Part shown: positions 44,891 to 54,401 of the stretch, piece by piece
Position numbering within the stretch: the first letter of the stretch is position 1
How the letters are laid out: each line of letters starts with the position of its first letter
NCBI GenBank assembly: GCA_035534295.1
Contig: DATLSE010000046.1
Span: forward strand, 6,325-70,324
Reading direction: 5' to 3'
Origin: Nitrosotalea sp.
Lineage (GTDB): Bacteria > Chloroflexota > Dormibacteria > Dormibacterales > Dormibacteraceae
DNA length: 64,000 bases
Notes under the pieces: model-generated
Databases searched by the model: none
Told to the model about the DNA's origin: nothing
Seen by the model: only the letters and a program-made list of their open reading frames with translations
Made by a program: the position numbers and the translations under genes

Positions 44891-47364
44891 TGCGAGCGCA
44901 GCCGAGAGCGCAACTCGTAGAGCTTCTCGAGCGCCCCCAGAGGACTCAGGTGGTCCAACTCAAGGGCTTCGATCTCGCCCCGAACCGGATCCACCGTGGG
45001 GGCCAGAGGAAGACCCAGCTGCTCCTCGGGCGGCTCCAGCGGACGCTGGCTCTCGAGCTCGGCCAGGATCATCCGGGCTCGGGAGACGACCTGATTGGGC
45101 AGGCCGGCCAGAGCCGCGACGTGGATGCCGTAGGAGCGGTCCGCCCCACCTGGGACCACGCGGTGGAGAAATCGCACCTTATCTCCCTCTTCGATCACCT
45201 CGAGGCGCTGATTGCGCACCCTGGGGAGACGCTCGGCCAGCGCGGTGAGCTCGTGAAAGTGGGTGGCGAACAGGGTGCGGCAGCCCAGTTGAGGCGCCCG
45301 ATGAATGTGCTCGACCACCGCCTGTGCGATCGAGAGCCCATCGTAGGTTGAAGTTCCCCGCCCCACCTCGTCGAATATCAAGATCGAGGCGCGGGTGGCG
45401 TGATTTAGGATGTTGGCCGTCTCGGTCATCTCGACCATGAACGTCGACATTCCCGCGGTCAGATCGTCGTGGGCCCCAACGCGGGTGAAGATGCGATCCG
45501 CCAGACCGATTGAGGCCGAGCGTGCGGGGACGAAACTGCCGCACTGAGCCAGGAGGGCGATCAGGGCCACCTGACGCAGGTAGGTCGACTTACCGGCCAT
45601 GTTGGGGCCGGTGAGAATCACGATCTGGGCGTCGTCGGGGTCCAACTGCACGTCGTTGGCGACGAAGTCACCCGCCGCCACGGCGGCCTGAACCAGGGGA
45701 TGGCGGCCCTCCTCGATGGTCAGAGCCAGCCCGGTCGAAATCTGGGGCCGGACCCAGTCCAGATCCTGTGCCGCCTCGGCCAGAGCGCCCAGCGCGTCGA
45801 GCTCGCCCAGCGCTTGCGCCGTCGCGGCCAGTCCTCCGGCCTCTTCTGTGATGAGTTGAAAAAGTCGGGCGAGCAGCTCGAGTTCCCGCGCCACCCGGTC
45901 GTGGGTGGCGTTGAGCACGATCGCCTCTCGCTCTTTCAGCTCGGGCGTCAGGTACCGTTCCGCCCCGGTCAAGGTCTGCTTGCGCTGATAGTCGGGCGGC
46001 ACCAGCTCTGAGCTCGTGCGCGGGACCTCAATGTAGTAGCCGAAGACACGGTTGTAGCCGACTTTGAGGGCCTTGATTCCAGTCCTCGCCCGCTCGGTCC
46101 CCTCCAAGCCCGCGATCCATCCGCGGGCCTCGCGCGAATTAGCCTCGATCCGGTCGAGCTCATCGTCGTACCCGGCGCGGATGAACCCGCCCTCGCGTGA
46201 AGCCGCCGGCGGATCATCGACGAGCGCTCGTGTCAGTTCTTGAGCCAGCTCTGGCAGGGCCACGACGGCGGTCGCAAGCCGACTTAGCGCCGCCGCCTGG
46301 GGCTCGGAGGCCGCTTCGGCGACCGCAGGTAGGCACTCCAGCGCATGACGCAAGGCCACCAGCTCCCGCGGACTCGCCAGACCCTGGACGGCGCGCCCAG
46401 AGAGTCGTTCCAGGTCGCCGATGCTGCGCAAGGCCAGTCGCAGTCGATTGCGCTCGCGGACGAGTTCTGCCACCGCCCCCAGGCGGATCTCGATCGCCTC
46501 CGCGTCACGGAGGGGAGCCATGAGCCAGGCGCGAAGGCGTCTGGATCCCATCGCGGTCTGGCTGCGGTCGACGAGCTTGAGCAGAGCCCCCAGCTCCAGG
46601 TTGCGGACCGTGGCCGGATCGAGCTGCATGACCTCGTCCGGGGAGTAGGTGCGCACCCGCATCGCTCCCGGCTCCAGTCGTACCCGGCTCTGACCCAGAT
46701 ATTCCAGCACCACACCGGCCGCTCCCAGCGCCATGGGCGCCGCTTCGGCACCGATCGAGGCCGGAAATGCAATCCCCAGGACATCGGCCAGCTGACGCTG
46801 CCCGCGCGCGGGATCGAATCGATATTCCTCAGTCTCAGGCGGGGTCAGCAGTTCCGCTGGAGACAGTCGCGCGAGTTCGGCCGGCAGACGCTCGGCGGCA
46901 AGCTGGCAGAGGAGGAATTCGCCGGTTGAGACGTCGCACGCCGCCAGCCCCGCCTCCCCTCCCCGCGACCAGGCCGCCACCAGCCAGTTGGATCGACCAG
47001 GCTCCAGGTACTCCTCCTCCACCACCGTGCCCGGGGTCAGTATTCGCGTGATCCCCCGTCGAACCAGGGTCTTGCCGTTTGATGCCTCGACCTGGTCACA
47101 AAGCACCACCCGGTGTCCGGCGCGAAGCAACTTGCCGACGTAGGCCGGCCAGGCGTGGTGAGGCACCCCACACATCGGCATCCGTCCCCCTCGCGCCGGT
47201 CGCGAAGTGAGGGTGATTCCCATCACCGGAGCCGCCACCACGGCGTCCTCGAAGAAGATCTCGAAGAAGTCGCCGAGACGGAACAGAACGATCGCCCCGG
47301 GATGCTCCCGCTTGCACTCCCAGTACTGCCGCATCGCCGGAGTCTCGCCGGCGCTACCGCTCAC
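44887..47364 (-). CDS. mutS: DNA mismatch repair protein MutS
   Basis: TPAMRQYWECKREHPGAIVLFRLGDFFEIF is the mismatch-binding N-terminus and the Walker A is GPNMAGKSTYLRQ. GTG 47364 forms GTGA with the miaB stop. The ORF-track start at 47583 is an over-extension. Confidence 0.9.
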   Translation of the reverse strand: MSGSAGETPAMRQYWECKREHPGAIVLFRLGDFFEIFFEDAVVAAPVMGITLTSRPARGGRMPMCGVPHHAWPAYVGKLLRAGHRVVLCDQVEASNGKTLVRRGITRILTPGTVVEEEYLEPGRSNWLVAAWSRGGEAGLAACDVSTGEFLLCQLAAERLPAELARLSPAELLTPPETEEYRFDPARGQRQLADVLGIAFPASIGAEAAPMALGAAGVVLEYLGQSRVRLEPGAMRVRTYSPDEVMQLDPATVRNLELGALLKLVDRSQTAMGSRRLRAWLMAPLRDAEAIEIRLGAVAELVRERNRLRLALRSIGDLERLSGRAVQGLASPRELVALRHALECLPAVAEAASEPQAAALSRLATAVVALPELAQELTRALVDDPPAASREGGFIRAGYDDELDRIEANSREARGWIAGLEGTERARTGIKALKVGYNRVFGYYIEVPRTSSELVPPDYQRKQTLTGAERYLTPELKEREAIVLNATHDRVARELELLARLFQLITEEAGGLAATAQALGELDALGALAEAAQDLDWVRPQISTGLALTIEEGRHPLVQAAVAAGDFVANDVQLDPDDAQIVILTGPNMAGKSTYLRQVALIALLAQCGSFVPARSASIGLADRIFTRVGAHDDLTAGMSTFMVEMTETANILNHATRASILIFDEVGRGTSTYDGLSIAQAVVEHIHRAPQLGCRTLFATHFHELTALAERLPRVRNQRLEVIEEGDKVRFLHRVVPGGADRSYGIHVAALAGLPNQVVSRARMILAELESQRPLEPPEEQLGLPLAPTVDPVRGEIEALELDHLSPLGALEKLYELRSRLRSQ

Positions 47365-48647
47365 TCCCGGGCCTGCACCAGCGAACCCGCCAGCTGTCCA
47401 GCGCTGGTGTTCAGGACCTGAACCTGCACCAGAGCACCGGGCGCCGCGACAACTCCCAGCCGGGCGGCGGCGCCAGGAGCGGGCGGCTTGATGGCGACCC
47501 TCTTGCCCTGCCGGCTCCGGCCGTACGGCCGCCCGAGCTCGTCGGTGCCCTCGACCAGCACCTCGACCCGGCGGCCGAGCCAACGGCTGGAGCGCCGCGC
47601 GGCGATCTGCCGTTGCAGCGTTAACAGCTCGTTGATCCGCTCCCGCTTCTCCTCAGCCGAGACGTCATCCTCCCAACTCCGAGCCGAATGCGTACCGGGC
47701 CTGGGGGAGTACTGGGCCAGGTGAACAACGTCGAACTCGACCTCCTCGAGCAGACGCCGGGTGTTCTCGAAGGCTGGCCGGGACTCGCCCGGAAAGCCGA
47801 CGATGACATCGGTGTAAAGCCCGATGTCAGGCATCAGAGAACGGGCTTGCTCGACGATCGCCCGATAGTGTCGAACCTGATAGCCGCGGGCCATGCGCCG
47901 GAGCACGGTGTCGTCGCCGGACTGCACGGGCAGCTGCAGCTCATGGGCGACGCTCTCGCTCGCCGCCATCACGTGCAGCAGCTCGGGCTCAAGGTCCTGG
48001 GGATGGCTGGTCATGAATCTCACCCGCGCCAGCCCGGGCTCCGAGCTGACCCGCTGAACCAGCGCCGCCAGTCCCCCCGCTCCTCCCGGATCCCGGTAGT
48101 CGTCAACGTTCTGACCCAGCAGGACCAGTTCGCGCGCACCATCCTCGATCGCCTTCCGGCACTCGGCCAACACCAGCTGTTGCGGCCGGTGAACCTCACG
48201 CCCGCGGACCGCCGGCACGATGCAGAAGGTGCAGTTGTGATCACAACCCTGAATCACATTCACGAAATGGCTCACGCCGGTGCGCCCCGCGCTCGGTAGG
48301 GGCTCGCCCAACAGGTAGTCGTATCGGTCCTCCAGATCGCTGATGAAGGAGTCGTAGTCACCGATCGGGACCACCGCGTCCAGGTGGGGGAATCGGCTGC
48401 GCAGGTCGTCACCCGACTTACCGACCAGACACCCGGTCAGGGCCAGGGTGCGGCCTGGTCGTTTCCAGGATCGGAGCTCGGCCAGCTTGGTGTAGACCTT
48501 GTCCTCGGAAGCCTGGCGCACCACGCAGGTGTTGATGACCGCGATGTCCGCACGTTCCAGGCTCGACTCCTCCTGGTAGCCGGCAGCCAGCAACCGGCGG
48601 GCGAGGGTCTCCGAGTCGGCCAGGTTCATCTGGCAGCCCATGGTCAT
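47361..48647 (-). CDS. miaB: tRNA-2-methylthio-N6-dimethylallyladenosine synthase (radical SAM methylthiotransferase)
   Basis: The UPF0004 domain carries GCQMNLADSE, the radical-SAM motif is CDHNCTFCIVP, and a TRAM-like C-terminus (RRVEVLVEGTD) is present. The in-frame upstream codons encode TFHV, which also looks conserved, so the true start is uncertain. Confidence 0.85.
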   Translation of the reverse strand: MTMGCQMNLADSETLARRLLAAGYQEESSLERADIAVINTCVVRQASEDKVYTKLAELRSWKRPGRTLALTGCLVGKSGDDLRSRFPHLDAVVPIGDYDSFISDLEDRYDYLLGEPLPSAGRTGVSHFVNVIQGCDHNCTFCIVPAVRGREVHRPQQLVLAECRKAIEDGARELVLLGQNVDDYRDPGGAGGLAALVQRVSSEPGLARVRFMTSHPQDLEPELLHVMAASESVAHELQLPVQSGDDTVLRRMARGYQVRHYRAIVEQARSLMPDIGLYTDVIVGFPGESRPAFENTRRLLEEVEFDVVHLAQYSPRPGTHSARSWEDDVSAEEKRERINELLTLQRQIAARRSSRWLGRRVEVLVEGTDELGRPYGRSRQGKRVAIKPPAPGAAARLGVVAAPGALVQVQVLNTSAGQLAGSLVQARE

Positions 48648-48721
48648 GACGTGGAAAGTGCGCGCGCCTCCCTCACCGGTGGCGGCGGGAAGATCGGGGG
48701 TCCAGGTCTGCGGGGTCGGGT

Positions 48722-49027
48722 TCAGCGGACCTCCACCAACAGGCGGATGCCGGTGCGCTCCTCACCATCGATAGAGATGTCGATGAACGAGGGCGAACAG
48801 ACGACATCGATGCCTCCTGGGGCCACGTAGCCCCGAGAGATGGCGATGGCCTTGATGGCCTGATTGATCGCCCCCGCCCCGATCGCCTGCACCTCGACTC
48901 GCCCGCTGCTGCGGATGACGCCGGCGATAGCTCCTGCCACCGCGACCGGCTTTGAGGTGGCGCCGACCTTGAGCACCTCAACCGGTGCCCGGCCGTCCCC
49001 CGTCATTGTTGAAACTCCCCCCGTCAC
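48722..49027 (-). CDS. spoVS: SpoVS-family protein
   Basis: VEVLKVGATSKPVAVAGAIAGVIRSSGRVEVQAIGAGAINQAIKAIAISRGYVAPGGIDVVCSPSF is a near-textbook SpoVS sequence. GTG 49027 forms GTGA with the ymdB stop, and ATG 49006 is an alternative. Confidence 0.85.
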   Translation of the reverse strand: MTGGVSTMTGDGRAPVEVLKVGATSKPVAVAGAIAGVIRSSGRVEVQAIGAGAINQAIKAIAISRGYVAPGGIDVVCSPSFIDISIDGEERTGIRLLVEVR

Positions 49028-49830
49028 TTCGTATGTTCTCGATCGATGCGCTGGATTGATGCGGCCCGGCCGGTGAGTCTGTCAATGGTAACCAGTACGG
49101 AATTGAAAGTCACGACTCCAGACGCGGTTAGAAAGCGAGCCGGGATGCCGGTACGGAAGCGCTCGACCGCGGCCTGAACCTCGACCCCGATGACGCTGTC
49201 GCGCGGGCCCACCATGCCGACGTCGCTCACGTACCCGGTCCCACCGGGCAGGATTCGACAGTCGGCGGTGGGAACGTGGGTGTGGGTGCCCACGACCGCG
49301 CTCACCCGTCCGTCCAGATGCCAGCCCAGAGCCTGCTTCTCGCTTGTCGCCTCGGCGTGGACGTCACACAGCGAGATCACCCCGCGCAAGCTCTCGGACA
49401 GCACCTCGTCCGCGGCTCGGAAGGGATCATCGAGGTCCTGCATGAACAGTCGGCCGAGAAGATTCATGACCAGAACCTGCTCGCCGTCGGCCTCGAACCA
49501 GGCTGCGCCTCGGCCTGGCGCACCGGGCGGATAGTTGAGCGGACGAATAACGCGATCCAGCGACGCGATCTCGCTCAGGAATTGTTTTTGATCCCAGACG
49601 TGATTGCCCAGCGTGATCGCGTCCGCCCCGGCCGCGAGCAGCTCGTGGGCGATCTTGGCCGTGATGCCAAATCCACCGGCTGAGTTCTCGCCGTTGACAA
49701 CCACCATGTGGGCGCCAAGCTCCGAGCGAAGATCGGGCAGCAGCGCGGTGATGGCGCTGCGTCCGGGCTGGCCGACGACGTCGCCCACGAACAGAAGGCG
49801 GAAGGGTTCGGTGCTCAAATTCGCCACCAA
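49024..49830 (-). CDS. ymdB: YmdB-family (TIGR00282) metallophosphoesterase, 2',3'-cyclic-nucleotide phosphodiesterase
   Basis: LLFVGDVVGQPGR and VVNGENSAGGFGIT motifs plus GNHVWD. It sits between rny and spoVS, as in Bacillus. Confidence 0.85.
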   Translation of the reverse strand: MVANLSTEPFRLLFVGDVVGQPGRSAITALLPDLRSELGAHMVVVNGENSAGGFGITAKIAHELLAAGADAITLGNHVWDQKQFLSEIASLDRVIRPLNYPPGAPGRGAAWFEADGEQVLVMNLLGRLFMQDLDDPFRAADEVLSESLRGVISLCDVHAEATSEKQALGWHLDGRVSAVVGTHTHVPTADCRILPGGTGYVSDVGMVGPRDSVIGVEVQAAVERFRTGIPARFLTASGVVTFNSVLVTIDRLTGRAASIQRIDREHTK

Positions 49831-49930
49831 GACATGCTGCGGCCAGGTTAGCCCAACACGTCACGGTGCCGGAGTGGTCCCCGGGGGGAAATAAAAAGGG
49901 GGAGGCCCCGGTGGCCATCCCCCTTCAAAT

Positions 49931-51484
49931 TCACTTTGCGTACTCGACCGCACGCGTCTCTCGGACGACCGTGACCCGGATTTGCCCCGGGTAGCTGAGC
50001 TCGCCCTCGATACGCTTGGCGATGTCTCGGGCCATGAGCTGAGCGGCGGCGTCGTCGATGGATTCGGGCCGGACCAGGATCCGGACCTCTCGGCCCGCCT
50101 GGATGGCGTATGACTGCTGGACTCCCGCGAAGGAGTTGGCGATTTCCTCCAGTTTTTCAAGCCGCTTGATGTAGGCGTCCAGCGATTCCCGCCGCGCACC
50201 CGGACGGGAGGCCGAGATCGCGTCGGCCGCGATCAGCAAGGTCGCCTCTATGGACTGGGGTTCAACGTCGTAGTGATGCGCGCGCACCGCGTGCACCACG
50301 GCCGGCGAAATTCCGTGACGCTGGATGAGGTCGGCGCCCAGCACGGCGTGGGAGCCCTCGACCTCGTGGTCGATGGATTTGCCGATGTCGTGAAGTAGGC
50401 CGGCCAGCTTCGCCGTCTGAACGTCGGCTCCGATTTCCGACGCCATCATGCTGGCCAGGTAGGCCACCTCCTTGGAGTGATTCAACACCTGCTGCCCGTA
50501 GCTGGTGCGGAACCGAAGGATGCCCAGGTGCCGTACCACTTCGGGATGCAGACCCTGCAGACCCACCTCCAGAACGGCCGCCTCACCCTCCTCCTTGATC
50601 CGTTGGGTCACCTCCTGGCGGGACTTGGCCACGACCTCCTCGATCCGCGCCGGGTGGATCCGTCCGTCCACGATGAGCTTGTTCAGAGCAACCCGGGCCA
50701 CCTCGCGGCGGACCGGGTCAAAGCCGCTGATTACGACCGCCTCGGGCGTGTCGTCGACGATCAAATCGATACCGGTCGCCTGTTGCAGGGCCCGGATGTT
50801 GCGGCCCTCACGACCGATGATGCGGCCCTTTATCTCCTCGTTGGGCAGGGGCAGCACGGAGATCGACGTCTCCGCCGTCTGGTCTGCGGCTACTCGCTGA
50901 ATGGCCTCGACCACGATCTCCCGAGCCCTCTTGTCGGACTCCTCGCGCGCGCCCAATTCGGCCTCGCGCACCCGGCGCGCGACCTCATTGCGCAACTCCT
51001 GTTCAACTTGAGCCATGAGCACGCCCTGAGCTTCCTGGCGCGACATGTTGGCCACGCGCTCGAGCTCTCTGAGCTGCTGCGTGATGACCTCGTCGACCTG
51101 GGTTCGGGCCTCCTGCAGACCAGCCTCCTGATCCTTTAGCCCCTGCTCACGGCGATTGAGCTCCCCGATTCGACTCTCGAGGGACTCCTCCTTTTGCTCC
51201 AGGCGCCGCTCAGACTGCTGAGCCTGCGCCCGAACTTGGCGGGCCTCCTCCTCGGCTGCCGTGCGAATCCGCACCGCCTCCTCCTTGGCTTCGAGCAACC
51301 GTTCCTTGACGGTCGTCTCCACTTCGGAGAGGCGCTGCTCGGCCCGGGTATCGAGCCCACTGGGCTGTTCCTCCGTGCTTCGCGGCGCCCGTCTCTGGGC
51401 GGCAAAGAATCCCACACCGGCGGCGAGAAGAGCGGCTACCACCACCAACAGCAGAACGATTGACGTAGACATTGGTTGGTTCAC
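49931..51484 (-). CDS. rny: Ribonuclease Y
   Basis: An N-terminal TM helix, a long coiled coil, a KH domain ([16 protein letters not shown]) and an HD domain ([13 protein letters not shown]). Confidence 0.92.
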   Translation of the reverse strand: MNQPMSTSIVLLLVVVAALLAAGVGFFAAQRRAPRSTEEQPSGLDTRAEQRLSEVETTVKERLLEAKEEAVRIRTAAEEEARQVRAQAQQSERRLEQKEESLESRIGELNRREQGLKDQEAGLQEARTQVDEVITQQLRELERVANMSRQEAQGVLMAQVEQELRNEVARRVREAELGAREESDKRAREIVVEAIQRVAADQTAETSISVLPLPNEEIKGRIIGREGRNIRALQQATGIDLIVDDTPEAVVISGFDPVRREVARVALNKLIVDGRIHPARIEEVVAKSRQEVTQRIKEEGEAAVLEVGLQGLHPEVVRHLGILRFRTSYGQQVLNHSKEVAYLASMMASEIGADVQTAKLAGLLHDIGKSIDHEVEGSHAVLGADLIQRHGISPAVVHAVRAHHYDVEPQSIEATLLIAADAISASRPGARRESLDAYIKRLEKLEEIANSFAGVQQSYAIQAGREVRILVRPESIDDAAAQLMARDIAKRIEGELSYPGQIRVTVVRETRAVEYAK

Positions 51485-51515
51485 CTCTCGCTATTCGGTT
51501 GTGAAGGTGCTGAGC

Positions 51516-51536
51516 CAAAAGGCGGACCATGCCGCC
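51516..51536 (-). terminator. Possible intrinsic terminator between recX and rny
   Basis: On the minus strand, the hairpin GGCGG-CATGGT-CCGCC is followed by TTTTG. It lies about 100 nt after the recX stop. The stem is only 5 bp. Confidence 0.3.
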
Positions 51537-51633
51537 CGCCCCTGGGGTCAGTTCAGTCGATTTACAAAAGCTGCCTGCGGGCAACTTTCGCGAGATTGAT
51601 TCTAGGGCGCCACCGTCACCCAGGCAATCGGGC

Positions 51634-52071
51634 TCAGGCGCGCCTCAGGCGGCGCAGCACATCAAATCCAAATCCGCGCCGCATCAACCGGCGCGAGGCA
51701 AGATCGGGATCAAGGCCGGGCCAGCGGGCCAGACAGCGCCGCGCAGCGTCGAGCTCGGTTTCGGGTGAGATCGAGCTCAAGGACTCATTGCTGAGCTCGC
51801 GCCCAATACCTCGACCGGCCAGCTCGGCGGCCACCGCGGCTCGGCTCCGAGTCGCCGCGTGGCGTCGCACCAGGCCCGAGGCAAAGCGCGCATCGCTAAG
51901 GTGGCCGGCGCCGAGCAGGCGTTCTATTGCCAGCTCCACTTCCGAGTCCTCGTAACCGCGGCGCCGAAGCTTCCATCGGAGCTCCGACACCGCATGATCA
52001 CGCCGCGCCAGCAGGCGCGTCGCCACCTCGAGAGCGCTGGCCGGCGGACGCTTAGACTTCGGGCTCGTCAC
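51634..52071 (-). CDS. recX: Recombination regulator RecX
   Basis: [52 protein letters not shown] shows the RecX helical repeats. GTG 52071 overlaps the recA 3' end by 20 nt. Confidence 0.75.
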   Translation of the reverse strand: MTSPKSKRPPASALEVATRLLARRDHAVSELRWKLRRRGYEDSEVELAIERLLGAGHLSDARFASGLVRRHAATRSRAAVAAELAGRGIGRELSNESLSSISPETELDAARRCLARWPGLDPDLASRRLMRRGFGFDVLRRLRRA

Positions 52072-53107
52072 CCAACCCTGCTCCGGTGCGGATTGGGGTC
52101 GACGTACGCAGCCGTGCCGTCGCCTGTCCGGCCGCCGTCTCGCGTACCTTGAATTCGATCTCGCCACTCAGGGTCGGGTTCTCGCGCAAATAGTTGCGCA
52201 CGTTCTCGCGTCCCTGGCCGAGGCGGACCTCGCCGAATGACATCCAGGTCCCACTCTTCTCGATGATCCCGAACTCGCACGCGGCGTCGATCAGCGCTCC
52301 CTCTCGAGAGATGCCCTCGTTAAACATGATGTCGAACTCGGCGGTCCGAAATGGTGGGGCGACCTTGTTCTTGACGACCTTCACCTTGACGCGGTTGCCG
52401 ATGCTCTCGAGGCCCGACTTGATGACCTCGACCTTGCGGATGTCAAGACGGATCGAAGAGTAGAACTTGAGTGCGCGACCTCCAGGCTGAGTTTCGGGGT
52501 TGCCGAACATGACTCCGACCTTTTCACGCAGCTGGTTGATGAATATGACCGTCGTGTTGGACTTGGAGATGGCCGCGGTCAGCTTGCGCAAAGCCTGGGA
52601 CATGAGGCGGGCCTGAAGGCCGACGTGCGCGTCGCCCATCTCGCCTTCGATCTCGGCCTTGGGCACCAGGGCGGCAACGGAATCGATCACGATCACGTCC
52701 AGGGCGCCGCTTCGGACCAGCACCTCCACGATCTCGAGCGCCTGCTCGCCGGTGTCCGGCTGGGAGATGAGGAGCTCGTCGATGTTGACCCCGATGCGCG
52801 AGGCGTAGATGGGATCGAGTGCGTGCTCGGCGTCGACGAAGGCCGCGACACCTCCCGTCCGCTGAGCTTCGGCGACGACGTGGAGCGCAACGGTGGTCTT
52901 GCCGGCGGACTCCGGGCCATAGATTTCGACCACACGCCCCCGCGGCATCCCCCCCACTCCCAGGGCCAGATCGAGGGGTAGTGAACCCGTGGGGATGACC
53001 GAGACCTCGCGCCCGGCCACCACCTCGCCCAATTTCATGATCGACCCCTTGCCGTAGCTACGCTCGATCTGCTGAATCGCGGTGTTGAGTGCTTTGTCCT
53101 TTTCCAA
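52052..53107 (-). CDS. recA: Recombinase RecA
   Basis: GSIMKLGE..., Walker [10 protein letters not shown], and the L1/L2 regions are present. The start is TTG 53107, 8 nt after GGAGG. Confidence 0.97.
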   Translation of the reverse strand: MEKDKALNTAIQQIERSYGKGSIMKLGEVVAGREVSVIPTGSLPLDLALGVGGMPRGRVVEIYGPESAGKTTVALHVVAEAQRTGGVAAFVDAEHALDPIYASRIGVNIDELLISQPDTGEQALEIVEVLVRSGALDVIVIDSVAALVPKAEIEGEMGDAHVGLQARLMSQALRKLTAAISKSNTTVIFINQLREKVGVMFGNPETQPGGRALKFYSSIRLDIRKVEVIKSGLESIGNRVKVKVVKNKVAPPFRTAEFDIMFNEGISREGALIDAACEFGIIEKSGTWMSFGEVRLGQGRENVRNYLRENPTLSGEIEFKVRETAAGQATARLRTSTPIRTGAGLGDEPEV

Positions 53108-53200
53108 GATTTATGCCTCCACGGTCATGGTGCCGATCGGGCCCCGGGATGGGGACGCGGGCGGGCTGGGTTGGTCGGATTGAGCCACCAGGCTGCAGCC

Positions 53201-53220
53201 ATCATACGAACGCCTGTTCG
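53201..53220 (-). promoter_or_regulatory. LexA box fused to a -10-like hexamer upstream of recA
   Basis: The minus strand reads CGAACAGGCGTTCG (53220-53207) followed immediately by TATGAT (53206-53201). This is the same GTTCG-TATNAT junction as at 24112-24131. It lies about 95 nt upstream of the recA start. Confidence 0.65.
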
Positions 53221-53225
53221 TTGCG

Positions 53226-54266
53226 TCAAGTCAGTCGCTCAAGCCCGGCGCTGAGCAGATGGAGCGCGGCCTGGACGGCCATCTCCCGATTGCCCTGACG
53301 GTCGAGATCAAAGACGTGACGCTGCACCTCCACCCCGCCAGCCGAGGCCAGGGCGATGAACGTTAGGCCGACGGGCTTTTGGGAGCCGTTCGCGGTCGGG
53401 CCGGCCACCCCCGTCACGGAGAGCGCCAGATCGGATCCGATCTCCCTCCGTGCCCCCTCGGCCATGGCTCGAGCGGTCTCCTCGCTCACCGCCCCGACGT
53501 CGCGCAGCATGCGCGCGTCCACGCCGAGCCGGTTCGACTTGACCTCGTCGGCGTAGGCGATGACCCCGCCCTTGAACCATGCTGAGCTGCCCGGGACGGC
53601 GGTGATGGCGCCCCCGAGGAGTCCGCCCGTGCACGATTCAGCCACCGCCAGGGTGAGCCCCAACTGGCTGAGACGCATCCCGGCGTGGAGCGCCAGCTCC
53701 TCGATCTGGGCCTCGTCGCCGAGTATGGCCGGTCTGGCGGCCAACCACACGCCGCGAAATCGGAGCAGGTAATCGACGCCACTCCAGACCGTGAAGACGA
53801 GCGAGATGGCGACCAGAGCCTGGGCCGGGAGGGTGAGCTGCGGATAGGGACCCTCGAGCGTGAGACAGAGAACGGCGAGGATCTGGGCGACGGTCTTGGC
53901 CTTGCCCAGGACGCTGGCGGAAATGGTGTGTCCCTGATCAGCGCTCAAGGAGCGGAGCACGGTGATCAACAATTCCCGGGCAAAGATCACGATCACTATC
54001 CAGGCCGCGACTCGGTCCTGTTGCACCAGCACGATCAGGACCGAGATGACGAAGAGCTTGTCTGCCAGCGGATCGAGGAATTTGCCCAGCTCGGTAACCT
54101 GGCCTCGGGTGCGGGCGAGGTTGCCATCCACCGTGTCGGTCAGAGCCGCGAGGCTGAACACGGCAGCGGCGACCTGGTCGTGGCCGGCAAAGGACCATTG
54201 CAACAGGAGCACCAGGACCGGAACCGCCGCCAGCCGGCTCAGGGTGAATATGTTGGGCAGGTTCAC
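53226..54266 (-). CDS. pgsA: Fusion: CDP-diacylglycerol--glycerol-3-phosphate 3-phosphatidyltransferase (PgsA) + CinA C-terminal (PncC-type nicotinamide-nucleotide amidohydrolase) domain
   Basis: Residues 1-185 carry the CDP-alcohol phosphatidyltransferase motif DTVDGNLARTRGQVTELGKFLDPLADK plus TM helices. Residues 200-346 are LTLAVAESCTGGLLGGAITAVPGSSAWFKGGVIAYADEVK...LSVTGVAGP (CinA_C). It is a single 346-codon ORF. Confidence 0.8.
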   Translation of the reverse strand: MNLPNIFTLSRLAAVPVLVLLLQWSFAGHDQVAAAVFSLAALTDTVDGNLARTRGQVTELGKFLDPLADKLFVISVLIVLVQQDRVAAWIVIVIFARELLITVLRSLSADQGHTISASVLGKAKTVAQILAVLCLTLEGPYPQLTLPAQALVAISLVFTVWSGVDYLLRFRGVWLAARPAILGDEAQIEELALHAGMRLSQLGLTLAVAESCTGGLLGGAITAVPGSSAWFKGGVIAYADEVKSNRLGVDARMLRDVGAVSEETARAMAEGARREIGSDLALSVTGVAGPTANGSQKPVGLTFIALASAGGVEVQRHVFDLDRQGNREMAVQAALHLLSAGLERLT

Positions 54267-54401
54267 TGCCCCAAAATTCTGAACCCTGACCCGCCCTCGC
54301 GTGAGCGCCTTGTCAAAGCGCGTCTCGCCGCGGTCCCTATCCGAACAGAGTCGCGCTCAGATCCAGGCCCCAATGCGCCTGGCCCGCGACTTGATCCCGG
54401 C

